Source: Octopus sinensis (Eukaryota). From it: a stretch of DNA of 64,000 nucleotides. The notes beneath the pieces are model-generated. The model worked only from the letters and a program-made list of their open reading frames with translations. It ran no database searches and was not told the origin of the DNA. Position 1 is the first letter of the stretch; the number at the start of each line of letters is the position of its first letter. This document shows, one piece after another, positions 1 through 11,754 of this stretch. The position numbers were made by a program, and so were the translations under genes. The DNA is taken from the NCBI RefSeq assembly GCF_006345805.1, contig NC_042997.1, forward strand, positions 118,482,001 to 118,546,000, written 5' to 3'.

Positions 1-128
1 ATCCACCACTCACAAGGCTTTGGTCGGCCCGAGGCTATATTAGAAGACACTTGCCCAAGTTGCCACGCAGTGGGATTGAACCCGAGACCATGTGGTTCAT
101 AAGCAAGCTACTTACCACACAGCCATTA
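1..128 (-). mobile_element. tRNA-derived SINE family A, 5' part (cut by window edge)
   Basis: Reverse complement matches the head of the full copy at 41594 (TGGCTGTGTGG A-box-like, GGTTCAATCCC B-box-like, then CTTGGGCAAGTGTCTTC core). Confidence 0.85.
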
Positions 129-190
129 CTATATATACATATTTGACTATTAAGTTATTTGCACTAACCAGATTTCAAGGGGATTCAAAC

Positions 191-240
<50 letters not shown>

Positions 241-1096
241 ATTAATTAATAAGGGTGAGAGAATTAGATACTAATTTAATAGTATATCTATTCAACACCA
301 AGTGGCCCAGTGCCCCGAGAAACCTGGATTATTATAATATTTTATACAAAAATAAATATAACAGAGTGGTCACTATGTGGCTCACTCTAGCACTAGTAAA
401 TCCAAAAGGTTTCAACCACAAAAATACATGTTTCCTATGAAAGTCAGTACGATTGTTAGCTCACACGAACAGGGCAAATAAAAAACAACAAAAATACAGA
501 TTATTTTGGGACAATTGTTTCGCTATTAATGAATTAAATGTAATTTTACTTACAAAAAAATCCACTTGTAGCTCCTCAGCCAAAACTATCTGGATGAAAT
601 CCACTCAATCACACGCCAGATTTTACCATAACGATAAATACACGTGTGGTTCAATTGATTACATCCGACGTTATAACTCAAATGCCCCTACCAACAGCGC
701 GCCAAACTTTCACGGAAACAAATACTACATTTAGAAATAAATGTAGCATAATTATAATTAATTAATAAGGGTGAGAGAATTAGATACTAATTTAATAGTA
801 TATCTATTCAACACCAAGTGGTCCAGTGCCCCGAGAAACCTGGATTATTATAATATTTTATGACATATTATAATATTTTATACAAAAATAAATATAAGAG
901 AGTGGTCACTATGTGGCTCACTCTAGCAATAGTAAATCCAAAAGGTTTCAACCACAAAAATACATGTTTCCTATGAAAGTCAGTACGATTGTTAGCTCAC
1001 ACGAACAAGGCAAATAAAAAACAACAAAAATACAGATTATTTTGGGACAATTGTTTCGCTATTAATGAATTAAATGTAATTTTACTCACAAAAAAC
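241..1096 (-). mobile_element. Non-coding retrozyme-like / PLE pseudo-LTR element: ~1.6 tandem units with hammerhead ribozyme
   Basis: Direct repeat 241-~558 / 757-~1096 (about 5 substitutions plus a 20-nt duplication), (TA)n on both flanks, full hammerhead in the left unit, only the GAAA/GUC half in the right unit. Confidence 0.8.
497..592 (-). ncRNA. Type I hammerhead ribozyme
   Basis: Minus strand: CAGAUAGUUUUGG-CUGAGGA-GCUA-(43 nt)-UAGC-GAAA-CAAUUG-UC-CCAAAAUAAUCUG. The catalytic core is canonical, stems I, II and III all pair, and the GUC cleavage site falls between 510 and 509. Confidence 0.88.
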
Positions 1097-1099
1097 TCA

Positions 1100-1138
<39 letters not shown>

Positions 1139-1139
1139 A

Positions 1140-1216
<77 letters not shown>

Positions 1217-3534
1217 CAAGCAAATTTATCCATGGTTGCAGTCATCCTCTTTACGTGATATTGTACCATTAGCATGTTACAAAATCAAGTAAGATACCGA
1301 AATGGGTTTCTTTAGCAAAAATGCTATTATTTCCCCCAAGTAAAGGGAGCCGAATCTATGTAAGATATTGATGTCAGCATTTGTACCCACGGCAACACGT
1401 TTTGTTCTATTTATTATTCCGTTGCCTCAGTGTATCATTCTGTAGTTCTTACTTGCATCTTTGTAGACGGGTTTATTGACGGTGAAGTATGTTAGTTTTA
1501 GACAGAAGTTCGCATGGCTAAACTTTATAAACCTGCGTTTCTTCATAACTTTTGTTCCTCAACTAAAAGTTTGAAATGTTCACCAAAATATAAGGATACC
1601 AGGAGAAAGAAAGTTTGACAAGTTCAATTATATCGGTAAAAATATATCATTTTAAAAGGCTTAATGTAAAATTTGATGCAATGAGTGTATGTACACACAT
1701 GCGCAGACACACTCGCACACACACTCATACACACATACAGACATTTATAAACATCTGTACCATTAGGTCTAGTAATAAACCTTCTAGCAAGAACTGTTTC
1801 TCACCATATTCGGTACATCATACATTTTGAAGTCAAAGAACCAAATTCTTTTTGATAGATCTTTTTCAGAGTATTTGAAACACTTTAAGTTACTACACTG
1901 CACTTAGCATGTAAAACATATCCGCTTTGAAATCTATATATCACGAAACATACTTTAAAATTAATAGATGAACGTTCTCTCTTGGTTTTTCGTCAGAAGA
2001 ATACCAAGAGAAACAATATTTTATCACAATTTTATTCTTCTTTATAGTAGCATATTTTGCCGAACACGATTTAACTTTCTGTTGTTTTCTGATATGAAAC
2101 AGTTTTGATAGAAATCTTTTTGTCTGTATTTGAGAAAGTATATCGATAAACCTTGTATACTGTAGAGTATTTCTACATCAGTTTACTTTACATATTCTAA
2201 GAAAATGGCATCATATTTAGAGTCGTCTCGTCAGACATGAAAAAGTCTTGCTGCGAATTTGGTCGATATTTTAGAAGTGTGACTGAAAGAAGTAATTTTG
2301 GTTTTGCATTTTATTTCACACATGGTACTTTATTGAATATGCTGGAAGGTCTACTCCTTAATGGAGTTAGACAAGGTCGTGTTTTATTTATATAGTCTTT
2401 GCATTAAAACATCTAATATTAAATTTTAAATGGCTTCGTATTTCTTCCGTTTCGCCCATAAGAAATGTTACTGTAAAGAAAACAATCACCAAACTAAAGA
2501 AAAAAATGTAGATATACATTACTGAGCCAATAAATGACAAAAACAATAATAATCCAACATAAAAACACAGCATATTCAACAACAGCAACAACAACAACAA
2601 CAACAACAATAACGGTATGTATGCACATAGTGTCTCCAGCGTAAACATATATAATCAAAAGATATATAGTTCACAATTGTTGTATCTAAAAAAAATGTGA
2701 CTTTCATATGGACTGTTTTACGAAAAGAATGAAAGTCTGGGCATTTATGTTGTACACAGGATAGGGGCCAGTCAATAACAGAACGTTACGATAGGTGGGA
2801 AAAAAAGCAACCTGTTTTCGCTTTATCTGAACACGGGAGACTCTTGTTTCAGCTAAAATATGGTTGTAGGATCCTTCCCAAATATTTTACGTGAAATCAT
2901 TCTTTGGGATAGAAATGACACGTGGGACAATAAATGTCATCTTTAAAATTTATGAAAGAGAAAAACAAATTGTATTCTTTTAGGTGGCACCTTTATCCTG
3001 GGGTTGTCAGCCACTGGCTTATAGTAATCTTCTTGACATTACGAATAGGTGTTTGGTGCAGATGCAACAAATGGCAATATATGGTCATGTAAGATCACCA
3101 TGATAATAGAAGTCCTCATAAAACCGCAAAACCCCAACCGGAACTTCGTCTTTAGAGAGTACTGAGAAGAAAAGCTTAAAATACAATATCCAAAGTAGAA
3201 GACCTAGCTGCTATACGTGTGAAAACAAAAGCAATCTAAGGGCTTTCTGCGAAGAAAGTGTGAAAAAGCAAAAGTATAAAAGAGTAAAAATGTTAAAGAG
3301 TAAAAGCAACAAGAAGAAATCATGGAAGTTGTCTGGCTTAAGGCGATAACATAAACAAATTTTCAATCGGTAAATGAAATTACCCAGTCCTCATTATGCG
3401 ACTCCAAAGCACTCTCCAGCCCGCCTTCATTCTAAGACGGGGAATTGTAAAAATAACAAAAACATTCCATTTTTTCAAACCTAAACTAATAACAAAAGTG
3501 TTTTATGTGAACCGCATTTGCAATATTGTGTGTA

Positions 3535-3659
3535 AATGCTTATGGGAATTAACTTTCCTTCATATTACTATCATCCTCATTATAATCATCATCATTATTA
3601 TCATTATCATCATCATCATTATTATTATTATCATCATGATCATCATGATCATTATTATT

Positions 3660-3690
<31 letters not shown>

Positions 3691-3752
3691 TATTATTATA
3701 TTATTATTATTATATTATTATTATATTATTATTATTATTATTATTATTATTG
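3535..3752. repeat. (ATT)n/(ATC)n microsatellite
   Basis: Direct reading; explains the poly-I/Y/H ORFs. Confidence 0.95.
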
Positions 3753-6700
3753 TGGAAAGATACTTAAACATAAAAATAGCATTTAGCTTGTTGAGACATA
3801 ATCCCTCGTTAATGAATATCCTTTAGTATACTTTGTGTAAAGTACTGCTTCTTATTAACTGTTTATGTAAAATAATGAATATGTATATTGAATTTTATGA
3901 ATAAGTCATAGGAATAGGCTTAGTGTCGTTTCTACTAGTAAAGGCATTTTATTGGTTTCTTACTTGAAGTAAAAAACTGAAATATAATTTATTGAAAGGG
4001 AAATGAAATACGTGACATACAAGTGGTACTAAAAATGTGTGATACAAAGGCTGTGAAACTTTTCCTAAACATGGTATAGACATTCGGACATGTTTCGAAT
4101 TTAACCTCATAGGGGAGCGGTATTTGATGTGCCTTTTCATGGGTTTTATCTTAGTCATACCTAAATGCTAAGTAAATGAATCTCCATTGGTTTCAACGAA
4201 GACAGTTCATCTGTTCAGTCGACTAAATTAGTGAGTTAGTGACTGAGTATTCCACGGACGTATGCATTATTAACGTATGCAGAGTCAGCGGGACACAGTA
4301 TGTCTGATTAGGCCGTGCCTTTTATTTTCAAAGAAAATCTTCTCAACAGTTTCCGTCTTCTTAATTCCATTCACAATGCTTCAAGTAACCTAAGGCAATA
4401 TTGTAAATTTCTGGTCAGATTTCACGCACTGGATTCGTTAGTGAGACGCAATTATCTGAGATACTTGAAGATGCTCTGTCTATATCAGTGCATTCACTGA
4501 AGACCCAATATTCTCAGCTTACTGAGAGTGAAGTTGAAGCGATAGTGGTTTATGGTGGAATATGATTTCAAATCGCCTTAAAAATCGATTTTACATTTAA
4601 AATATACAAGAATTTACGCAACCCAAAGAAAAAACCCAAATGTGGTCGGGCACACATCGCAGACATGTGTCTTTGGTCATAGTTGATGTAAGAATAAAAG
4701 ACACCGAATACGATAATGTTAACGGTGATGAAGAGATAAAGAATTTGTCTCATCACTATGTCTCCAACACAGTCGGATCATTTTTTCTCTTGGAAAGGTA
4801 TTTTCCTCTCCTTTAGTGGGCAATTTTATCAATCTTTCGGTTTCGCACTACCACACTGTCTCATAACTACCTTCAGCACAGCCCATTCTGTTGCAAGCAT
4901 TCAGACCCGATCTTCGACCTGAGGATAGCTTCTACCCTTCCTCTCAACAGACCTGAATGTCCCCTAAGAGGAGTCATTGGTGTTATAATTAAACCATGAA
5001 AATATGCCAATTTGTATGAAATGACTAGATATTTCAGTGGAAGAGGCTGAAAATGTCATTTTTGTTTAACACAATGAGATTTATATTAGAATTGTCTAGT
5101 CTTATTCTCCGCGAACCACTTTACGATACACTCCGGATAATTCACTGGGTGTAGAGATGTCAAAATTGTTTCTAAAAGGGACAGTGAACAAGAGGCTACA
5201 ACTATGGCTCAGCACCTCATGAGTTCTTGAACTTTGTTAGAAGAGATGAGGAATCAATTAAGAGGAAGGACAAATTTAACATAGTTGTTTTATATTCACT
5301 AATACAGTTTGGTTACAGCTGAAACACCTTTGATCACAAATGAGTCCAATGGGATCTAACCCAGAGATAAACCACATCGAAACGATGTCCATTTCAATGT
5401 CGATTCAACTTGTGAATAGTCAGATGAGCTGCTGAAAAAAGCAGCCATATCTCCACTCGAATCTCGATTATGATCCTAAGAGAAAAGAAGCAACATTGAA
5501 TAATGTAGTCTAGGATATATTATACTGGCTGGTCATGGATGGGACACTTTTAATTATAGAGTTGGTCGGTCAGGATTGACCTGGGCAACTTATTTGCATA
5601 TAGAGAGGGGATCGAGCCAGTTAGTTGCCTTTGCCATAAATACATGGCAGCACCGGGAAATGATAACCAACCATTGACTTTTCAACACCTTCACTGGCAG
5701 CACCTAATTTTCTATAGTCGCCATTAGCTGCTAGTGTCTGATGGCTGAAATACCAAAACAAACCAACTCATTAAAGTAGTCAAACGATGTGTAAACGAAT
5801 ATTGATATTTCAATAACATTTTCCCTTAAAATATCGATAATTCTTTCCAGAAATAACTTGCATTTATATTGATATTGAACTTAGAAGTGACCCTGCCCTG
5901 ATTCTACGCCAGTTTTCTGGAAAGATACGGGTCAAAATGATGTTAGAAAATAAGAAAATAAACAGTCATTTTTCTTCTATAAATAATATCCTGTGAGAGT
6001 TGAAATTACGAATATTTACTTTCTAAAATTCTTTTTGAAATCACTATTTTCAGCTCTGATTATTAATACAACCAGGAATGGTAATCATACTAGTTTTCCG
6101 GTTGAAAATCTCAGAGCTTGTGAAAAAGCCAATACAGAACATTCTGAGGAATCGATTTCAGAAAAAACGTCATTGAACAGAAAAATAAATCCGAAATATA
6201 AGTTACAGGAGAAAACAAAAACAAAAGGTCTGAGAAATTAAGTGACAGGAAGCTTCAATATATAAATGTTTTAAATTTTTATGTTCCATTGTTTTATATT
6301 GTTTGGTTTGTAGATGCTGCCGTCAGAACCTCAGGTTTTCTCGAATCCTGCTCAACCGATTAACTCCGCAAAATCGGGATAACGGCGACCCATCTGAGAA
6401 ATGAGCTCCGCGAGGTGGAATAGCAGTGGTCAGGCGTGTCGCGGGCCATTCTCCGCAGCAACGGCACCGTGCTTAGGACCGCGTATTGCGGCTGAGAACG
6501 CCATTAGTTCAGGAGTGTGCGGCCTGCTTCTCCCTCTCCCCAGTTTTATGATGTTTAAAACCCATCCTTTTTCTCCCTTTTTCTGTTTATTTGTTTCCTT
6601 GTAATTAAATTGTGATAACTAATTAAATCAAACGTACGTGATCTTTTATTTTGTCAGATTTCAGAATTTAAATAATGACAGAAAAAAATTACATAAACTG

Positions 6701-7399
6701 TGTTGTGATGCTGCACAAGTCATGTATTGTCATTTAATAAGCGGCTAAAATATTATTTGTTTAATTATTTTGACTATTAATTATGGTATATTTTTTATCC
6801 TGTGGGACATTTCGGTTTTCCTATCACAACTTTTCATACCCTAAATAGCTTTAATTTCTTTTTGTTTTTCGTGATTTGCTTTCTTGCAACGTTAAATTGT
6901 ATTATCTCTTTTGATCAATATTTTCTCTTCGCTAATGAAGGAAAATATTTAACTTTTCAGTTTATAAAAATAAAAACAAAAAACATCACTCTGGCAATCA
7001 ATAGCACCACAGGAACACTGTTTCTCTCTGTACTTCTTCACTGCAGAATATCTTTCGCTAATTGCTTTCGTCTTTAGCATTTTCCTCTTTTGATCTACCT
7101 CATTTTTCGCGCCATTTGTCACTTCTAGAAGTTAAACTTGCTGTTTTCCTTTTAATCTTCCTCAAAAGAGCAGCTTTAAAGAAAAATAGAAGACATTTAA
7201 GTTGACTTTATTGGGACTTGTGTATCATAATCAAAACGAATTCGTAGTATTTGTTCTGGAAACTTCTTTAAATGTGAAACTAATAGCTATTTTAATTTCC
7301 ACAGAACTTTACACCTAATATTAAACGATATAATTAATAGAGCCTTTCTTTAAATTATCAAGAAGAGAAAGATATAAATTTGGGATGGATTTGCGAATA

Positions 7400-7729
7400 A
7401 ATATTTATGTGAGTGCGCTTTTGCGTGCTCGTGTATATGTGTGTGTACGCTCTGTGTATATGTGTGCGTATGTTCTATGTGTATGTGTGCGTGTGTTCCG
7501 TTTACAAACTCACTTTTTCCCATCTCCCGCCCTCCCTATCTTCCAAATTTCTTTCGCTTTCTTGTTCTATTGTTGCAAAACTACCGACAGAAACATTACG
7601 AGCACACGCGCGCGCGCACGCGCTCTCTCATTAACTCGCCCACTCTCTTTTCCACACGCTCTCAATTCTGTCTGTCTGTCTGTCTGTCTCTCTGTCTCTC
7701 TCTCTCTCTCTATCTATATATATATATAC

Positions 7730-7761
<32 letters not shown>

Positions 7762-7857
7762 CTGAATCATTAAAGAAATGCATTTGTCATTTTCATGTGT
7801 TTTCTTACATATACATACGGTTTTATGTGTTTGTGTGACTGAGTATATATTTTTGTA

Positions 7858-7908
<51 letters not shown>

Positions 7909-7910
7909 AT
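7400..7910. repeat. Compound microsatellite cluster (GT, CTGT, CT, TA, ATCT)
   Basis: Direct reading. Confidence 0.9.
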
Positions 7911-8384
7911 TTCTGCATTTTGTGTCCTGCTAGTTTTTTAAAAAATATATCTAACCTTCTGAAGGTGTTCTTAGACAAAAAATGTCAACCAATTTTATTT
8001 AATCTTTCGCTCAGTGTCAAACTAATAATTTCTATAACTTATTGTTGCCCACGTCGTTTATTCATGGTATTCATGCATTACTTTTGCTAATTTCAACCCC
8101 TTATGTATGAATATGTATGTCTGTATCTATGTATGCATGCATGTATGTAATCTTGTTAGGAATTTATTTAAAGTTATTTTCTTTGCAGAAATAAAGCCGG
8201 TTAGAAACAAAATAACAAAGCTGTTTTGTTGAGGTTGCGGCAGTTATCAAAGGTTTGAGTTTATTTGGATCGGTCGATATACGTATATATGCGTGCATGT
8301 TGGGTGCATGCTTGTACTCGTTAGTGTGTGTGCCAAGGGAGAAAACAATTTTATATGGTTCCTTAATGTTAATATCTTTTATAT

Positions 8385-8890
8385 TTTACTTGTTTCAGTC
8401 ATTGGAAGGCGGCCATGCTGGGAGAGTCTTAGTTGAATGAATTGACCCAGTACTTTATTTAACGTATGGTAGTTATTCTGTTGTTATCTTTTGTTGAACC
8501 GCTATATATATATATTGTAATTTGGCAGTCCTTACATAGAATTTCATCTAGTTCTTGAACAAATTCCCTGAAGAGGCTTGTATACATAGATGGGATTTTT
8601 AAAAATAAATTCACTAGTGTATGTGAGTCGAAAAAAATTGTTGGCTTTATATTTGTTATGTTATGTCATATTATATTATAATGTACTTAAATCTTTAGTT
8701 TGTCAATTGTTTATCTATTTCATTTACTATTTGTATATATATATATACAACGGGCTTCTTTCAGTTTTGTCTCCGAAATCCGCTCATAGGGCTTTCCGCG
8801 GCCCGGGGCTATTATAGAAGGCTCTTGCCAAATGTGTCACACATTGAGACTGACCTTAGATGCATGTGCTTAGGGAGCAAGATTCTTACT
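8385..8890 (-). mobile_element. Older SINE family A copy split by ~250 bp of other sequence
   Basis: Tail TTACTTGTTTCAGTCATTGG..GGCCATGCTGG at 8385-8500 and head half at ~8750-8890, both diverged. Confidence 0.6.
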
Positions 8891-8969
8891 ACACAGCCCC
8901 CCCACCTACGTGTGCGCTAATACGTACACACATATGATTGTGTGCATATGTTAACCACGGGACCTGAAA

Positions 8970-9400
8970 TGGGAAGAACCCCTCAAATGTTTTACACATT
9001 TTCACTGATCCTTTCATTGGTTGTATCGAAGAATGCGAATGAGCGCTCTCTCTGCATTGTTGGAGAATCCAAGTATTTCTAGGTTTCCATGCAGAATTAT
9101 TGTCACGTAGCCCAGTGCAGCAATCATAATAGGCACACATGAAATCTGTAACTTGGGTATAAAAGTGTCAAGTTTCTAATAAGGTACCTATAGATATTCT
9201 CCTCTCCTCTGATTTCTGAAAAGAAAGTTTACTTACGCTGGACATATATGTAAACTCTCCACGACGGTGTACAACTTTTCTTCTATGTTCTACACAACAA
9301 TATCTGTCCAGTTTTGCTTCCACCGCGTTGCTACTTTTATTGGAATAATCCACCAAAATTCATTATTTACACAAGGGTGGAAACGTTCTGGTTCTGGATC
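8970..9400 (-). pseudogene. Degenerate restriction-like endonuclease (REL) domain of a non-LTR retrotransposon, distinct from the other REL copies
   Basis: Translation across stops and frameshifts gives EFWWIIPIKVATRWKQNWTDIVV..ISCVPIMIAALGYV..GSVKMCKTF. This resembles the PD-(D/E)xK REL C-terminus (PDIVV / P-I-I-G-A-L-G). Confidence 0.65.
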
Positions 9401-9584
9401 TAGAAAGGACGAAAATTAAAGACGATTTAAGCGAAATTTGAGATCAGAAAGTAAACAATTGAAACAAGTATTTTGTCCGACGTATTGACAATTCTCCAAG
9501 TTCCTCTCCTTCCGACAGTAACGAAACGACAACATCACGTGCAGTAGCAGCATCAACATCAGGAACAAAACAACAGCAGCAGCA

Positions 9585-9960
9585 GTGGAGGCATAATGCC
9601 ACAGTGGTTAAAGAAGCGGACACGCCGTCGCAAGAACGCGGTTTCGATTCCCAGACCGGGCGTTGTGAGTGTTTATTGAGCAAAAACACCTAAGTTCCAC
9701 GAGGCTCCTGTGGAGTATGTTGGTGAATCCCACCGTACTCTTTCGCCACAACTTTCTCTCACTCCTTCTTCATACTTCTGCCACAAAGCAGACGAACCAC
9801 GGTGCAACCCACTATGGTGTGGTAAACTTTCAGACCCTAATCTAGATTGTGAATTCTCTGTACCCCAGGATGGCTCAGCTCTCCACCCGTTAAAAGCCAC
9901 CGTTTACGGAATGAGGATAACAACGTAGCGTTCCCGCCCGTGCAACCGCCAAGTCAATCG
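9585..9960 (+). mobile_element. tRNA-derived SINE family B
   Basis: Head CAGTGGTTA..GGTTTCGATTCCC, then core GGCGTTGTGAGTGTTTATTGAGC..TCGCCACAACTTTCTCTCACTC shared with other copies. Confidence 0.8.
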
Positions 9961-10066
9961 CGTGTGGTGGGTGGATCTTCAAGTTGCTACACGCATTTTC
10001 TTAGTAGCTGAGAGTAGGCTCGAATTAGAGATTAGTTTTTGTGGCTAATGGTGTGAGTCCTGATTG

Positions 10067-10193
10067 GAAGAAGAAGAAGAAGAAGAAGAAGAAGAAGAAG
10101 AAGAAGAAGAAGAAGAAGAAGAAGAAGAAGAAGAAGAAGAAAACAGCAACAGCAGCAACGGCAGCAGCAGCAACAACAACAATGATAGTATAT

Positions 10194-10247
<54 letters not shown>

Positions 10248-10248
10248 T
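10067..10248. repeat. (GAA)n + (CAG/CAA)n + (AAT)n compound trinucleotide tract
   Basis: Direct reading; explains the poly-E and poly-K ORFs. Confidence 0.95.
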
Positions 10249-10289
10249 GATCTAAATCATCTAAGTAAGAATTATAAAAAAAAAGTAAT

Positions 10290-11635
10290 AGCTTCCTTAA
10301 TTCAAACTGTAAGACTCTTCGGCAAATATACGAGGTATTGGTGTAGAATTTTGTGTATATAAGAGTGGAATGCTATTAATAAAAACGGACAAGATGTCGG
10401 CAGTGAAGGAATCCAATTACCAGATGACCAGACATTAAGATTATTGAAAGAAGGAGAGAGCTCTAAGTATCTAGGAAAAATAGAAGCTGACAAACCTGAC
10501 AGAGTACTAACAATAGAAATTGAAACGAAAACTTAGAAGTCTATCAGAAAGATGAGGAAGCTGATAAAGTCAAAGCGAAATGGTTCGAATCTGGAGAAGG
10601 CTGTAAATATTTGGGCAGTATCGTCACTTAGATATTCAGCAGCTTTTGTAGATTGGACAATATCTAGACGGGAGAATTAGGTGGGAATTCACTATGAATG
10701 GATGACTAGAGAAAATAAGATCTCTTATCTAGGTAATAGTAAAGGAAGTTTATTAAGAGCAGCTAGAACAACAGTAAGACATAGGAAAATAAAGTTAAAA
10801 ACCAGAAAAAAGAAGAAAGATTATGTGACGGACAAGAGAAGGCTTTGCATGGCGGATTCCCAAAGATAGTTGTAGGAAATAACAACAGTGAGACATGTTG
10901 CAGAAGGTCTGCTAGCTACAGCACAAAACCAAGTTGTAGAAGACCAAATGTAGGAGACTAAATGGAAGACTAAATGGATGTAAGCCAAAATAGACAAAAG
11001 TCGGGTAGATTCCCATTGTAGGTTATGTAAATCGAAAGAGGAAAGTGTTACTTATACAGTAAGTGAATATAGCATGATGGTACAGAAGAAATATAAGAAA
11101 ATATATAACAACCTAAGGAGATTAATCCACTGGGAGGTATGTAGGGAACTATGATTTGACCATACTGATAAAATGTATAAGCATGAACCCAGTAAATTGC
11201 TAGAAAGTAAGAAATATAAGAAGTGGGATTTTGACATTCAGACTAAGAATCTAAAAAACCTCATTTAGTATCAGGAGATAAAGAGAATAGAAAGTGCCAG
11301 ATATTTGACTTTACAGTCTGAAATTATATGAAAGTCAATAGGAGAGCTATAAAGAAAACTGTAGAGTACTTGGACTTTGACATTAAGCTGCGGAGGCTGT
11401 GGAAAGTGCAGGTGAAATGTATCCAGGTAGTTATAGGCGCATTAGGAACTATCCATAAAGATTTGAACAGATGGATGGAGGAAATAGGCATAAAACTCAG
11501 TTTAGTACAGCTCCAGTCTTATTTGGAGCAGCTAGGATACTTAAGAGGGTTCTTGGCATCTACGGTTACTTGCTGTAGCCCGCTATTAGGAATTTTTCTT
11601 TTCCAACTGACTAATCTGCTGTGCGTATATGAATA
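10290..11635 (+). mobile_element. 5'-truncated R4/Dong-like non-LTR retrotransposon (RT end, CCHC knuckle region, REL), decayed
   Basis: EGIQLPDDQTLRLLKEGESSKYLG; CRLCKSKEES; LRRLWKVQVKCIQVVIGALGTIHKDLNRWMEEIGIK. (AAT)n on both flanks. Confidence 0.88.
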
Positions 11636-11689
11636 TAATAGTAATAATAATAATAATAATAATGATAATAATAATAATAATAATAATAA

Positions 11690-11754
<65 letters not shown>

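Noticed and set aside
255-1258. ORFs 255-440, 453-734 and 989-1258 as duplicated small proteins
   Set aside because: They lie on the opposite strand of the non-coding hammerhead repeat, have no recognisable domain, and diverge exactly where the repeat ends.
2215-2245. CUGACGA motif on the minus strand
   Set aside because: GAAA absent (UAAA) and the helices are unconvincing.
3100-3180. 3' end of an R4-like element on the minus strand
   Set aside because: Resemblance is from memory only and no coding motif is recoverable.
9237-9399. Host-gene exon with good acceptor and donor
   Set aside because: Stops in all three frames; better explained as a decayed REL retrotransposon.
9585-9660. tRNA genes (here and at other SINE heads)
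   Set aside because: A/B-box heads run straight into SINE cores and no complete cloverleaf is apparent.
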